64,000 nucleotides of DNA from Verrucomicrobiales bacterium (GCA_018003315.1 JAGNEJ010000011.1:4807-68806); one strand, 5' to 3'. Shown: positions 9,660-20,639, numbered from the stretch's first letter. Numbers and translations are program-made. The notes: generated from the sequence alone by a model not told the origin.

Positions 9660-9886
9660 GTGCGCCCGTGTAGCGCAGCCGAGCCGGTGCGGCAATGCGC
9701 TGGATGCAGCAAAAATGCGGAAGAGACCGGCCCGGCCTGTCCGAATTATTCTGCCGACGGCCTTTGCCTGGAACCCGCGGACTGAGCGAAAGCTCAGACC
9801 ATTGTCGGATGGAAATTTTGGCGTTTTGAAGCAGGGTGCCCGCATCCAATCCACCGCCGATTGACCAACGCCCAACACCCACACCC

Positions 9887-10861
9887 ATGAAATCCCTTCC
9901 CGCCGTTCTGGCCGCCGTTTCCATGATTCTTCCCGCTGCGTTGCGGGCCACGCCCCCGGGCATGGCGGAGAAGCTCGACGCCATTCTGCGGCATCCCGGG
10001 CAATACAGCCAGATTTGCGATGCCACGGGGTATCCGATGCCTGCGCCCATTCCGGGATTCCGTTCCGTGCTTCACGGCGAGGCTTCGCTTTCCGAGGCAA
10101 ACCTCAAATTCCTCGCAGCAAACCGTGCCGAGGTGTTGAAAGCGGTGGCAGCAAAGCTGCGGGGGATCGACCTGCTGCGGCAGGCGAAGGAACAGGCGCT
10201 GGACCCCTCCATTCCACCGGCGAAGCTGGATGAGGTGGATGCCACCCCGCGCGGCGTGGACCCGGATTGCTACAGCGACATCCTGCTCGAGGTGATTGAG
10301 TCCCTGGATGGAGCGGTGGTGTTTCCGGAACTGATGGAGTTGGAAGAAAAATTCCACGCTCTGTTGGTGAAGGCGGAACAGGACCCGGCGGCGCCGCTGC
10401 CGGTGGTGGACGGCACGGATGGCGCAGGCATATATGCCAGCAATCTTCCCGAAAACGAAATGGACCAGGAAAAGCTGACCGCAGAGCAGATGGCGGCGCT
10501 GGCGCGCAAGCGCAGCGTTTTCAGGGCGCAAATGGCGCATCGCGACATCCTTGCGGTTTTTGTCAGGGTGATGCGGAAAAACGGCTTCGAACCGATGCTT
10601 TCCAGTGACCTGGAGAAGACCTACGGAAAGCTGCTGCGGGACAAGTGGTCGAACCACGAGGAATTCAGCAAATTCAAACGTGCGGGGGACATTCCGGAGG
10701 ACCTGCGGGAGAACGTCAAATTTGATCCCATCCACAAGGTTGCCTACCTGACGTGGGATCCGGTGCAGATTCCCTTCAGCGAGCAAACGCGGACCCGGAT
10801 TCTGGAACTGACAAAGCAGTTTGTCACCAGAAACACCACTAACAAACCGGAGGCCCCATGA
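9887..10861 (+). CDS. hypothetical secreted protein
   Basis: An ATG at 9887 gives the signal peptide MKSLPAVLAAVSMILPAALRA. Its stop overlaps the next start (ATGA at 10858-10861). No family recognised. Confidence 0.55.
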   Translation: MKSLPAVLAAVSMILPAALRATPPGMAEKLDAILRHPGQYSQICDATGYPMPAPIPGFRSVLHGEASLSEANLKFLAANRAEVLKAVAAKLRGIDLLRQAKEQALDPSIPPAKLDEVDATPRGVDPDCYSDILLEVIESLDGAVVFPELMELEEKFHALLVKAEQDPAAPLPVVDGTDGAGIYASNLPENEMDQEKLTAEQMAALARKRSVFRAQMAHRDILAVFVRVMRKNGFEPMLSSDLEKTYGKLLRDKWSNHEEFSKFKRAGDIPEDLRENVKFDPIHKVAYLTWDPVQIPFSEQTRTRILELTKQFVTRNTTNKPEAP

Positions 10862-11745
10862 AAGGCGCAGGTGGCTTCGGGTGGATCATGACATTCGGCC
10901 TGGCCGGGGCGCTCATGCTTTCTGCCGGCGAGGCACCACGACCAAAGCTGCCAGGACCCAATGGCCACCGGCTGGTGGCGGTGCCTGCGAGTGAGTGGAG
11001 GGTGGGGGAGTCCGGCCACGGGTTGAACCCGCCACGGACGGTCAGGCTGAAAGCCTTTCTGGTGGCGGACGCGGAGACAACCAATGCCCAGTTTGCGATA
11101 TTCGTGAAGGAAACCGGGCATCTCACGGATGCGGAGAAGCGCGGAGTGGCCCAGGTGTTCCGGCCTGACCAGCCGGAGTGGAAATGGGTAGATGTCAAAG
11201 GGGCCACCTGGAAATGCCCGTTCGGCCCGGATGGGAAAACGGCGGCGGACCTTCCGGAGCATCCGGTGACTCAGATCAGCGCTGCCGATGCCGCAGCCTA
11301 CTGCCAATGGCTGGGCGGGCGTCTGCCTTCACTAGCCGAATGGGAGGTGGCGGCCAGGGCCGGAGCCACCGCGCGCCATCCCTGGGGTGCGGCATTCAAT
11401 CCAAACGCCGCCAACATCTGGAACGGGGCCACTCACGCCCGCAACACGCGGGAGGACGGGTGGGAACTGACGGCTCCGGTCCGCTCGTATGCGCCCAATG
11501 CCTGGGGGCTTTACGACGTGATTGGAAATGTTTTTGAATACTGCTCCGACCTGCCGGCGGGCGTCCGGCAGCGGGCGGATCATCCCCTGACCGCAGCGCG
11601 GGGAGGTTCGTGGTGGTGCAGCAAGGACACCTGCCGGTTCTTCAACTTGGTGGACATCGGCACGATGGAAAGGCACGGTTCCCTGCCAAACCAGGGATTC
11701 CGCATCGTTTTTGACAGCGGCAGGATTTCGGCGGGAAATCCCTGA
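10858..11745 (+). CDS. formylglycine-generating-enzyme (FGE-sulfatase/SUMF1) domain protein
   Basis: Motifs TNAQFAIFVKETGH, HPVTQISAADAAAYCQWLGGRLPSLAEWEVAARAG, WGLYDVIGNVFEYCSD, RGGSWW and GFRIV. Confidence 0.75.
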   Translation: MKGAGGFGWIMTFGLAGALMLSAGEAPRPKLPGPNGHRLVAVPASEWRVGESGHGLNPPRTVRLKAFLVADAETTNAQFAIFVKETGHLTDAEKRGVAQVFRPDQPEWKWVDVKGATWKCPFGPDGKTAADLPEHPVTQISAADAAAYCQWLGGRLPSLAEWEVAARAGATARHPWGAAFNPNAANIWNGATHARNTREDGWELTAPVRSYAPNAWGLYDVIGNVFEYCSDLPAGVRQRADHPLTAARGGSWWCSKDTCRFFNLVDIGTMERHGSLPNQGFRIVFDSGRISAGNP

Positions 11746-11766
11746 CACCGGAGAGGTGCAATCAGG

Positions 11767-13959
11767 TCAGGAACCGCCGCCGCCCGGATCGGTGGAGCGT
11801 TTGACGCGGTAGTATTTCCTGCCGGGGGACGGGGTGGTGTCCGTCCAGGTGCCATTGGTGTCATAGGACAGGATGGCGGGGCCGACGTTCGTCCACGAGC
11901 CGAGGTCCGTGCTCCACTGGACCTGGTGGTACATGCCCCGCACGTTATGCCAGGTCAGGATCACCTCGCTGCCCTGATACACGGGAGTCAGATGGAAGGG
12001 TTCGGTGAGGATTTCCCCCGTCCAGTATTTCGAGGCCAGAGCGTAGGCGGCAAGCCCAGCTTGGGAGCCGACGAAGCGCCCGTGGTAGTCATCCTCACTG
12101 ACATGAATGCCACCCCAGCGCCGCGACTGGCCGGCCTGATCCGCGCAGTCGTAGTAGGTGCACCACTGCAGGACCACGTTCGTGCTGGGACCCTTGTCGA
12201 TTTGCAGGGAATTGGCGGCAACGAGGTGGTCGTGAAATCCGCCGGGCCAGTAGGGGGATCCGGTGATTTTTGTCAGGACTTCCGCCGCGGAACGGGAGAA
12301 GCAACTGTGGCCGGAGATGTAGCCGGGAAAGGCGGGGGTGTTGAAGGTCTTGCGCTGGAAGGGCAGCCAGTCTTTTGCAAGCATCCAGCGCACCATGCTT
12401 TGATGGGTGGCGACGGACGGCGCAGGCAGGTTGTCCGGGTGCTCACCGGGCCAGGAATAGACGGCAATCTGGCCGAGGTAGCCGGAACCCGGCATGATCT
12501 GACCCGTGTTGAGGTCCAGCAGGGTTTCGTGTCGCTGTCCGGGAGCGGTCGATGCCTCGGTAATGACTTCGACGACGCCGGCCTGCAGAGGCAGTCCCTG
12601 CGGATGATAGGAAGGCTGCCCGGGGTCGGAAGACTGCCCCAGGCTGCCGAGGTAGCGGATCATGGTGATGGGCCGGGTGCCGGAATAATAACGTTTCAGT
12701 GCCCAGGCGGCGCACGAGGCGTCATGCACCGCACCAGCCAGGGCAAAATAGGTTTTCACGTCCCATTCCAGATTGTTCACCACCGGTCCCGTGCCGCCGA
12801 TTTTTTTCACAAATCCAGGCTTGTCGGCCATTTCATTGGCGAGGACGTGCCAGTGGCCGGGAGGGGTTTCAGAATTGGGTCCATCCGCCCAGAATTCAGC
12901 CAGGACGCGGTAGTAGTCGCCGGTTTTGACGAGATTGGGCGCATAGGGCAGTCCGGTGACGGGATTGGTGGCATTGCCGGTCCCGGTGTCCGCGCCGAGC
13001 GGGTTGTTGCCCATGGCTCCGGGGGAAATGTTCTTGGGTGTCGGGTCGTTCAGCTCGCTGCTGGCTTTGACCAGCGCAAAGGCTCCGTTACGGTAGGCGG
13101 CATCGCTGGGGCTTGGATTGCCCGGAATGCTGAGCTTCGAGGGACCGCCGAAGGGATCGATCCAGGGCTTGAGCGGATCGGTGCGCGTGAGGCTGAAGGG
13201 CGTGGCGATGAGACCCTGGACGCCGACGAACGTCTGCGTGCCTCCCGGGATGGGAATGCCGTTCTGGGTGACCTGCGATGCGAGGGCCAGAGGCTGCCAG
13301 AGGTTTGGATCGGTGCCGTCCGGGACGCCAAAGCCCAGCGGCTTGTCGGTTTCGAAACTGGCATTGTCCCCCAGCACGGACATGGACAGGGACATGTTGG
13401 GATTGACCGTTGCATCATACGGCTGCGGGTAGGTCAGATTGGAAAAATTGTCCGCAGCTCCCCAGTTGAGAATGGCCTGTCCGGCACGTTTGCCAACCTC
13501 GGCGGGGGTGGAGCCGGGCGTGATCGGCCCTTGTCCGGTGACGGTGGAATAGCCCATGCTGGTCAACTGGGTGTCGAACGAAGCCAGGCTGGTCGCGGCA
13601 CCGGCACCACTGGCAAAGCGGGCCCGCAGCACCCGGTAGGCGGCGTAGCTCACCGCTTCATGCCGGGCCAATTCTACATCGGCTGGCAGGGGTACGACTT
13701 TTTCATTGAAGGCGTAACCCACCGAGGTCGGGGAGTAGGCGGACCAGGCGCTGTACATGGCGGCGGCGGCGTGGAATAAATTCCGCGCATGGGCCGGCGG
13801 ATTGGGAACATTGCGACGGATGGCGTCGAGCAATTGCAGGTTCCACTGCCGGGCAGCGGACTGTTGGGCGTGGACTGGCGGCACGGTGGCGGCCAAGACG
13901 GACAGCACCCCCACGGCTACGAATGCAGGCGGGGAATGGCGGAACAGGAATGAATTCAT
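11767..13959 (-). CDS. PAP2 / vanadium-haloperoxidase-like phosphatase-fold protein with C-terminal beta-sandwich tail
   Basis: An ATG at 13959 (MNSFLFRHSPPAFVAVGVLSVLAA) provides a signal peptide. PAP2-type motifs are present (PGYISGHSCFSRSAAEVL, SRRWGGIHVSEDDYHGR). Track ORF 11767..13980 starts at an upstream TTG. Confidence 0.6.
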   Translation of the reverse strand: MNSFLFRHSPPAFVAVGVLSVLAATVPPVHAQQSAARQWNLQLLDAIRRNVPNPPAHARNLFHAAAAMYSAWSAYSPTSVGYAFNEKVVPLPADVELARHEAVSYAAYRVLRARFASGAGAATSLASFDTQLTSMGYSTVTGQGPITPGSTPAEVGKRAGQAILNWGAADNFSNLTYPQPYDATVNPNMSLSMSVLGDNASFETDKPLGFGVPDGTDPNLWQPLALASQVTQNGIPIPGGTQTFVGVQGLIATPFSLTRTDPLKPWIDPFGGPSKLSIPGNPSPSDAAYRNGAFALVKASSELNDPTPKNISPGAMGNNPLGADTGTGNATNPVTGLPYAPNLVKTGDYYRVLAEFWADGPNSETPPGHWHVLANEMADKPGFVKKIGGTGPVVNNLEWDVKTYFALAGAVHDASCAAWALKRYYSGTRPITMIRYLGSLGQSSDPGQPSYHPQGLPLQAGVVEVITEASTAPGQRHETLLDLNTGQIMPGSGYLGQIAVYSWPGEHPDNLPAPSVATHQSMVRWMLAKDWLPFQRKTFNTPAFPGYISGHSCFSRSAAEVLTKITGSPYWPGGFHDHLVAANSLQIDKGPSTNVVLQWCTYYDCADQAGQSRRWGGIHVSEDDYHGRFVGSQAGLAAYALASKYWTGEILTEPFHLTPVYQGSEVILTWHNVRGMYHQVQWSTDLGSWTNVGPAILSYDTNGTWTDTTPSPGRKYYRVKRSTDPGGGGS

Positions 13960-14206
13960 GGCAGGCAGGAAGTTGGGCAATGAAATGGCAGAAACAGACC
14001 ATTAAAAAAACCGGTTTGCGCGTGTACAGTATTTTCCGGATTCCGCACAGACGCGAAGGATGAAATGGGTAAAAAACGGGAAGAATGCCCTGTTTTTCGA
14101 CATGAAAATCCCGTGAAGGCGGGCTGATTTTTGCTTCGTCGATGGCGCAACCGATTCCGGATCAAGTTTTTGCGGGAACCAAATGTGATGGTTAGGAATA
14201 CGGAGT

Positions 14207-15250
14207 TCATTCTGGAGGCAGCCCCAGTTTGGCCCTGCGCTGTTTTTTGGTGAGGCGCTCCAGGCGCTGGACCGCGGCGTAATACGCGGGGAGGCTTTGT
14301 TGTTCCTGCGCGAGCAGCCGATGGAAGGCGGGAACCAGTTGATGGTAGGCGGAAATGGTGTTGAGACGGGCATTGTTCAGCGGCTTGGCAACCCAGTTGG
14401 CGTACTCCTTGCGGTGCTTCAGTTCCGGCAGGCTGCGGATGCGAAGCTGCAGTCGGGAAAACACCGCGGCTTTTTCCTGGTGCAAGTCTGCGGAGGAGAT
14501 GTCCGGCTGCCTGGCATAAAGCGCCTGCAGTTCTTCGCGGGTCCGGAGCACCTCGGCCACGAACAGCGATTCTTCGTGGAGCCGCTGGCGGTAATGCGCC
14601 AGCTCGCGATGCTGTCCGGCAGCTATAAGCCACCGCTGCACACCCTCCTGGGCGACCGAGGTGGCGAAGGCTTCGTTGAAATCCGTGTCTCCGGAAAGGA
14701 ACACCTTTTGGTGGGCAAGTTCGTGGAACAGAAGTTCCGCGAGGTCAGTGTCCGGTTCGAAGAGGAACGTGTTGAGCAGCGGGTCGCGGAAAATGCCCAG
14801 GGTGGAATAGGCATCCACTCCCCCCATGGCCACATCCCATCCATCCTCCTTGAGCCGGTTGCCGAGGGATTGCGCATCCTTCTCGGAAAAGTACCCGCGG
14901 TAGTCGAGTTTTCCCAGGACCGGATACCACCAGCGTTTGGGTTCCACGGAAAATTCCGGTGCGGCCATGACCACCCAGGAAACGTGGGGCCGTCCGAGAT
15001 CCACAAAAACATCATACTGCCCTTGCACCGGCAGATGGAGCTGCGCCGCGGCGAACTCCCGGATTTGCATGGCCTTTTGCAGCTGCTGGCGCAGTTTTGA
15101 ATCCAATGGACCGGCGGCGAGCAGTTTTTCCACCGGCTGCGCTTTCGCAATCATTTCCCACTGGCCCCGGACCGCCTGGGAGTAAAACCGGACACTTTCG
15201 CAGGAAGTTAGAAACAGCGTGGCAGCAACAGTCAGGATTGGCAGGCGCAT
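14207..15250 (-). CDS. putative zinc aminopeptidase lipoprotein (predicted-aminopeptidase family)
   Basis: An ATG at 15250 gives MRLPILTVAATLFLTSC, a lipobox-like signal. HELAHQ and NEAFATSV motifs are present. Confidence 0.6.
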   Translation of the reverse strand: MRLPILTVAATLFLTSCESVRFYSQAVRGQWEMIAKAQPVEKLLAAGPLDSKLRQQLQKAMQIREFAAAQLHLPVQGQYDVFVDLGRPHVSWVVMAAPEFSVEPKRWWYPVLGKLDYRGYFSEKDAQSLGNRLKEDGWDVAMGGVDAYSTLGIFRDPLLNTFLFEPDTDLAELLFHELAHQKVFLSGDTDFNEAFATSVAQEGVQRWLIAAGQHRELAHYRQRLHEESLFVAEVLRTREELQALYARQPDISSADLHQEKAAVFSRLQLRIRSLPELKHRKEYANWVAKPLNNARLNTISAYHQLVPAFHRLLAQEQQSLPAYYAAVQRLERLTKKQRRAKLGLPPE

Positions 15251-15413
15251 GCCGGGACCATACTCAGTGCGCACCACCGTGCCACTGGCTGCCGGGGAGA
15301 ATTCTGCGGCGGTGCCTGCGCCATGCCGGAGGCGTGTGGGCGTGCTCCGAAATGGCCGGGCGGTGCCGCGATTTTGCAGTTGTCCGCCGTGTTGATTGTG
15401 GATAGCTCGGATC

Positions 15414-16736
15414 ATGCAGACCGCTCTTTCCTGGGGATTCTCCATCGTGTTGCCCTTGTTGCTTTGCCTGGCTGCACCTGCGGGAGCGGGGCCGAAACCT
15501 GCGGAGGCATTCACCAGCCTCACGGATGATGGCGGTTGGTGCTGGTTTGCGGATCCACGGGCGGTGCAGCACAATGGCAGGACATTCGCCGGCTGGGTGG
15601 ATGCGCACGGATCCGTTGTGGCGGGCTGCTTGGATCACGCCAGCGGAAAAATCACCACCTTCACCTTGCACGGGAACTATGAAAAGGATGACCACGACAA
15701 TCCGTCCTTCGTCATCCTGGCCGACGGCCGACTGCGCGCGTTCTACACCCGCCACGGTGTCGAAAACGCCATCCATTCCCGCGTCACCCGGCGTCCGGGT
15801 GACATTTCCGACTGGGAACCGGAAACCGTATTCACGCCGAAGGATCCGTCTCCCAAAAACTCCGGCATCACCTACTCAAATCCCTTTCTGCTCTCGGCAG
15901 AGAATCACGCGCTTTACCTCTTTTGGCGCGGGCAGTCCTACAAGCCGACCATGGCGCGATCCACGGACGGCGGCGTCACCTGGTCGGATGCCAGGCCAGT
16001 ATTTTCCAAGCCCGGCCTGCCAGCCGGGAACCGGCCCTATGCCAAATACGCGTCGAACGGGCGGGATCGCATCCACCTGCTCTTCACCGACGGCCACCCG
16101 CGCAACGAACCGCTCAACAGCGTCTATTACGTTTGTTATCGGGACAATGCCTTCCACCGGGCTGACGGGACGCGCATCTGCGGCATCGGGGAACTGCCCA
16201 TCCCGCCTGACAAGGCGGACAAAATTTACCAGGCGACTCCCGCGGCGGGCCGCGCCTGGGTCTGGGACATCGCCTTCGATGCGCAGGATCGCCCCGTTGT
16301 CGCCTACACCCGCCTGCCTGCGGAGACCGACCACCGCTACCACTATGCCTGCTGGAATGGCAAGGCATGGCAGGACGCGGAACTTTGCCCGGCTGGCGGA
16401 TGGTTTCCGCAGACTCCCGTCGGAAAAAAGGAACGTGAGCCGCACTACTCCAGCGGTCTGGCCATTGATCCGTTGAGCCCTAACGTCGTCTATCTGACGC
16501 GCCCCGTGAATGGCGTTCGGGAACTGGAGCGCTGGACCACCGCGGACAGCGGAATGACGTGGCAGACGGAGGCAGTCACCAGCGGATCCAAACACGACAA
16601 CATCCGCCCGCATGTCATTCGCAATCACGCCAAGGACGGCCCCACGGTGCTCTGGCAGAACTTGTCCGACCACTACGTCCACTACACCGACTACCGCTGT
16701 TCCATCAAAATAGACCGGCCCGCGGAGCATCCGTAG
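15414..16736 (+). CDS. BNR_4-like beta-propeller protein (secreted)
   Basis: An ATG at 15414 provides a signal peptide. Motifs DDGGWCWFADPRAV, DDHDNPSFVILADGR and STDGGVTWS (Asp-box). The family assignment is tentative. Confidence 0.5.
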   Translation: MQTALSWGFSIVLPLLLCLAAPAGAGPKPAEAFTSLTDDGGWCWFADPRAVQHNGRTFAGWVDAHGSVVAGCLDHASGKITTFTLHGNYEKDDHDNPSFVILADGRLRAFYTRHGVENAIHSRVTRRPGDISDWEPETVFTPKDPSPKNSGITYSNPFLLSAENHALYLFWRGQSYKPTMARSTDGGVTWSDARPVFSKPGLPAGNRPYAKYASNGRDRIHLLFTDGHPRNEPLNSVYYVCYRDNAFHRADGTRICGIGELPIPPDKADKIYQATPAAGRAWVWDIAFDAQDRPVVAYTRLPAETDHRYHYACWNGKAWQDAELCPAGGWFPQTPVGKKEREPHYSSGLAIDPLSPNVVYLTRPVNGVRELERWTTADSGMTWQTEAVTSGSKHDNIRPHVIRNHAKDGPTVLWQNLSDHYVHYTDYRCSIKIDRPAEHP

Positions 16737-16892
16737 GCCGCCCCGGATGCCGCCCTTGGCACGGGCGGCCTGAGCGCAAATCCAAGCGCAGCCCGCATTG
16801 ACGGTGGAGGCGAAAAACCGCTTTTGTTTGCCGCGATCAATTTTACTGGTCCCTCTCCGCTGCCACCAATCGCACCGCATATATTACCTGCC

Positions 16893-18257
16893 ATGAAGAC
16901 CCGTTCAGATCGCCGCCGCTTTTTGAAAACTGCTGCCGCCACGGCGGTTCCATTGATTCTTCCGTCCCGCATCTGGGCGGCAGGGGAGGCCCCGAGCGGG
17001 AAGATCACCATGGGGTTTGTGGGGATGGGGAAACAGAGCCATCACCTGCTGGGGGCATTTCTGGGACAGAAAGGGGTGCAGGTAGCGGCGGTGTGCGACG
17101 TGGACACCACCCGGCGCGAGGCGGCAAAAAAACGGGTGGAGGAACGCTACGCCCAGAACAAACCGGACGGCTGGACCGGCTGCGAAGCGTTTAACGAATA
17201 TGAAAAACTCATGGCACGCAAGGACATCGACGCGGTGTGCATTGCCACGCCGGACCACTGGCATGCGGTGGTCACCCTGGCCGCATTGAATTCCGGAAAG
17301 GATGTTTATTGTGAAAAACCGCTGACCCACAACATCCACGAAGCCGTGGCGGTCATCGAGGCGGTGAAAAAGAACCGGCGGGTGCTGCAGACCGGCTCCA
17401 TGCAGCGGTCCATGGGCGAATTCCGCGTGGCCTGCGAACTGGTGCAGAATGGCATCATTGGAAAGATCAGCCGCGTGGAATGCTCCTTCGGCGGCCCCCC
17501 GCGGCCTAACGATCTCCCGGAAGAGGCGATGGAAAAGGGTCTGGACTGGAATCGCTGGCTGGGCCCCGCCCCGGTGGCGAAGTACAGCAGCGTGCTGGCC
17601 CCGCGCGGCCTGCATGACCATTTCCCCTTGTGGCGGGAATACGCCGAATATGGCGGCGGCTACGTCACCGACTGGGGTGCGCACCACCTGGACATTGCCC
17701 AATGGGGCCTGGGCATGGACGAAAGCGGTCCGGTGGAAATCATTCCTCCACCGGGCAGCGTCGAGAAGATTGCGGCAAAAAAGAACCTGGGCCTGCGCGG
17801 CTGCCGGTTGATTTACAAAAACGGAGTGGTGGTCGAGCACAAGGACGGGTTCGGCGTGCACTTTTTTGGGGACGGCGGCGAGGTGAAAGTCAACCGCGGC
17901 CAGTTCGAGGTCATTGTCGCCGGACAGACGATCGCCAAAAAAACCGGCGACGTGAAGACCACCAGCACGGAGCGCGAATACCACAAGGCCGAACAGGAAC
18001 TCCTGAAGGCTGCGAAGATTCACCTTTATCACAGCAAGGACCACATTGCCGATTTCATCCAGTGCGTGAAAAGCCGCCAGCGGCCGATCACGCATGAAGG
18101 AGTGGGCGGAGGCAGCGCGATCGCCTGCCACCTGATGAACATCGCCTACCGCACCGGCAAAACATTCCAGTGGGATCCGGCGAAAAATGCCATCGTCGGC
18201 GGCGGAGTCGATGCCTCGGAACTGACCCGCAGCTACCGCAGTCCCTGGACGGTCTGA
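16893..18257 (+). CDS. Gfo/Idh/MocA-family oxidoreductase with Tat signal
   Basis: An ATG at 16893 gives MKTRSDRRRFLKTAAATAV, a twin-arginine signal. A Rossmann motif (ITMGFVGMGKQ) and EKPL are present. Confidence 0.8.
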   Translation: MKTRSDRRRFLKTAAATAVPLILPSRIWAAGEAPSGKITMGFVGMGKQSHHLLGAFLGQKGVQVAAVCDVDTTRREAAKKRVEERYAQNKPDGWTGCEAFNEYEKLMARKDIDAVCIATPDHWHAVVTLAALNSGKDVYCEKPLTHNIHEAVAVIEAVKKNRRVLQTGSMQRSMGEFRVACELVQNGIIGKISRVECSFGGPPRPNDLPEEAMEKGLDWNRWLGPAPVAKYSSVLAPRGLHDHFPLWREYAEYGGGYVTDWGAHHLDIAQWGLGMDESGPVEIIPPPGSVEKIAAKKNLGLRGCRLIYKNGVVVEHKDGFGVHFFGDGGEVKVNRGQFEVIVAGQTIAKKTGDVKTTSTEREYHKAEQELLKAAKIHLYHSKDHIADFIQCVKSRQRPITHEGVGGGSAIACHLMNIAYRTGKTFQWDPAKNAIVGGGVDASELTRSYRSPWTV

Positions 18258-18422
18258 ACGATAGCGCGGGGCCACCCGCCGACGGCAGATCAGGACGCTG
18301 GACGCCGGGCCGGCGCCAACTTGGCCATGGCCGGGGCTTGACACTCCTGTCAATCTGGGTCCCGTAGCCGTCCGGCCTGCACGGGCAGCTGCATCCCGCC
18401 TGCGCCGTGCCGCCTCCTGAAC

Positions 18423-20639
18423 TTGAAACACGTTGTTTTTGTCTGCACTGGAAACATCTGCCGCAGCCCCATGGCAGAGGCGCTGTTCCGTGCCATGGTC
18501 CGGGAGCGTTCCGATTACCTCGTCCAGAGCGCCGGCATCCATGCCATGGAAGGACAGCGAGCCAGCCAGCACACCGTGGGCGTGCTCCGGGGGGAGGGGA
18601 TTGACTGTTCCAATTTCCGCAGCCAGCCCCTGACCAAGCAGTTGGTGATGGAGGCCACGCACCTTTTTGTGATGACGCACGGGCACCGCGAGGCGATTGA
18701 AGCGCTCTTTCCCCAAGCCGCGGCCAAGACCTATCTGCTGTCGGAATTTTGTGCCGACGAACGCGTCATGGGCATGGACGTACCGGACCCGATTGGTCTT
18801 GGCAAAAGCGTTTACCTCGCCACCGCCGAACTCATCAAGCAGGTACTGCCGAGCGTTTTCGGTTATATTGAAACAACCTGGAAACCCGCGAAGTCCACCG
18901 CCGATTCCGCCAGTCATTCATCCGCCCCATCCATGAGCAACCCAGCCCCCGCAGCCTCCATCCCCGCATCCAGCAGCGAAATTCCTGACAACAAACGAAT
19001 CAGCGTGGCGGCGGACCACGGCGGGTTCCAGCTCAAGCAGGCGCTGGTCCGGCATTTGCGGAGCCAGGGCCGGGAAGTGGACGACCTGGGCACCCATGAC
19101 GGGGCCAGCGTGGACTATTCGGATTTCGCCCGGAGCGTGGCCACCGCGGTGCGGGAGGGACAGGCAGATGCGGGTTTGCTGATCTGCACCACGGGGATCG
19201 GCATGTGCATGGCAGCCAATCGTTTTCCCGGCATTCAGGCCGCCCTGGTGCAGGACGCGGCCACTGCCGCCCTGACCCGCCACCACAACAATGCCAACGT
19301 GCTGTGCCTGGCAGGCTCCCTGCCGGAAACCACCGCCTGCGAGATCACGGACACCTTTCTGAGCACGGAATTCGACGGCGGACGCCACCAGCGTCGCATC
19401 AATAAAATGAACGGCCTGGCTGGCACGGACCCCGCGGTGGCGGCCATCATTCGCGCCGAGGAAATCCGCCAGCAAAATAACATCGAACTGATCGCTTCCG
19501 AAAACTTTGCCAGTGCCGCCGTGCGCGAGGCGCAGGGGTCGGTCCTGACCAACAAATACGCGGAAGGCTACCCGAAAAAGCGCTGGTATGGGGGCTGTGA
19601 GCACGTGGACGAAGTGGAGCAGCTCGCCATCGACCGGGCGAAGGAGATATTCGGCGCAGCCCATGTCAACGTCCAGCCGCACAGCGGCTCCCAGGCGAAT
19701 GCCGCGGTGTATTTTTCCGTGCTGGAACACGGCGACCGCATCCTCACGATGAACCTGGCGCACGGCGGGCACCTGACCCACGGACACCCGGCAAATTTCA
19801 GCGGGAAATTCTTTCAGGTCACGCACTACGGCGTCAACGAACAGAGCGGACGCATCGACTACGACGCACTGCAGAAGCAGGCCGAGGAAGTGCGGCCCAG
19901 GATGATCACCGCGGGAGCCTCCGCTTATCCGCGGATCATCGACTTCGAACGCATGGCGCAGATTGCGAAAAGCGTGGGCGCGTATCTTTTCGTGGACATG
20001 GCACACATTGCCGGGCTCATCGCCGGCGGGGAGCACCCCTCGCCCATTCCGCATGCCGACTTTGTGACCAGCACCACTCACAAAAGCCTGCGCGGGCCGC
20101 GTGGAGGCGTTATTTTCTGCCGCGAGGAGTATGCCAAGAAGATCGACGCCATGGTGTTCCCCTTTAACCAAGGCGGCCCGCTCATGCACGTGATCGCCGC
20201 CAAGGCGGTTTGCTTTGGCGAAGCGCTCCGGACGGAATTCAAGGAGTACCAGCACCAGATCATCGGCAACGCCAAGGCACTGGCCGCCCGATTGATGGCC
20301 CTGGGCTACCGGCTCGCCTCCGACGGGACCGACAACCATTTGATGCTGCTGGACCTCCGCCAGCAAGGCCTCAACGGAAAAATCGCCCAGGAGGCGCTGG
20401 ACAAATCCGGCATCACCGTAAACAAGAACGCGATTCCCTTCGACCCCGCACCGCCCGTTCGACCCAGTGGCATCCGCATCGGCACTCCCGCGGTCACCAC
20501 CCGCGGGATGAAGGAGCCGGAGATGGACCTCATTGCCGAATTCATCCATGCCGCGCTGACCGGGCATTCCGATGAGGCGAAACTGGCAGGCCTTCGGGAA
20601 CAGGTCGTGGCACTCAACCGGAAATTCCCCCTGCCGTGA
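18423..20639 (+). CDS. glyA: single ORF fusing LMW protein phosphatase + ribose-5-phosphate isomerase B + serine hydroxymethyltransferase
   Basis: TTG start at 18423. The modules are CTGNICRSP (C-X5-R P-loop); [13 protein letters not shown]...[12 protein letters not shown]...[10 protein letters not shown] (RpiB); and IELIASENF...[12 protein letters not shown] (SHMT with the PLP lysine). There is no in-frame stop across 738 codons. Confidence 0.85.
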   Translation: MKHVVFVCTGNICRSPMAEALFRAMVRERSDYLVQSAGIHAMEGQRASQHTVGVLRGEGIDCSNFRSQPLTKQLVMEATHLFVMTHGHREAIEALFPQAAAKTYLLSEFCADERVMGMDVPDPIGLGKSVYLATAELIKQVLPSVFGYIETTWKPAKSTADSASHSSAPSMSNPAPAASIPASSSEIPDNKRISVAADHGGFQLKQALVRHLRSQGREVDDLGTHDGASVDYSDFARSVATAVREGQADAGLLICTTGIGMCMAANRFPGIQAALVQDAATAALTRHHNNANVLCLAGSLPETTACEITDTFLSTEFDGGRHQRRINKMNGLAGTDPAVAAIIRAEEIRQQNNIELIASENFASAAVREAQGSVLTNKYAEGYPKKRWYGGCEHVDEVEQLAIDRAKEIFGAAHVNVQPHSGSQANAAVYFSVLEHGDRILTMNLAHGGHLTHGHPANFSGKFFQVTHYGVNEQSGRIDYDALQKQAEEVRPRMITAGASAYPRIIDFERMAQIAKSVGAYLFVDMAHIAGLIAGGEHPSPIPHADFVTSTTHKSLRGPRGGVIFCREEYAKKIDAMVFPFNQGGPLMHVIAAKAVCFGEALRTEFKEYQHQIIGNAKALAARLMALGYRLASDGTDNHLMLLDLRQQGLNGKIAQEALDKSGITVNKNAIPFDPAPPVRPSGIRIGTPAVTTRGMKEPEMDLIAEFIHAALTGHSDEAKLAGLREQVVALNRKFPLP

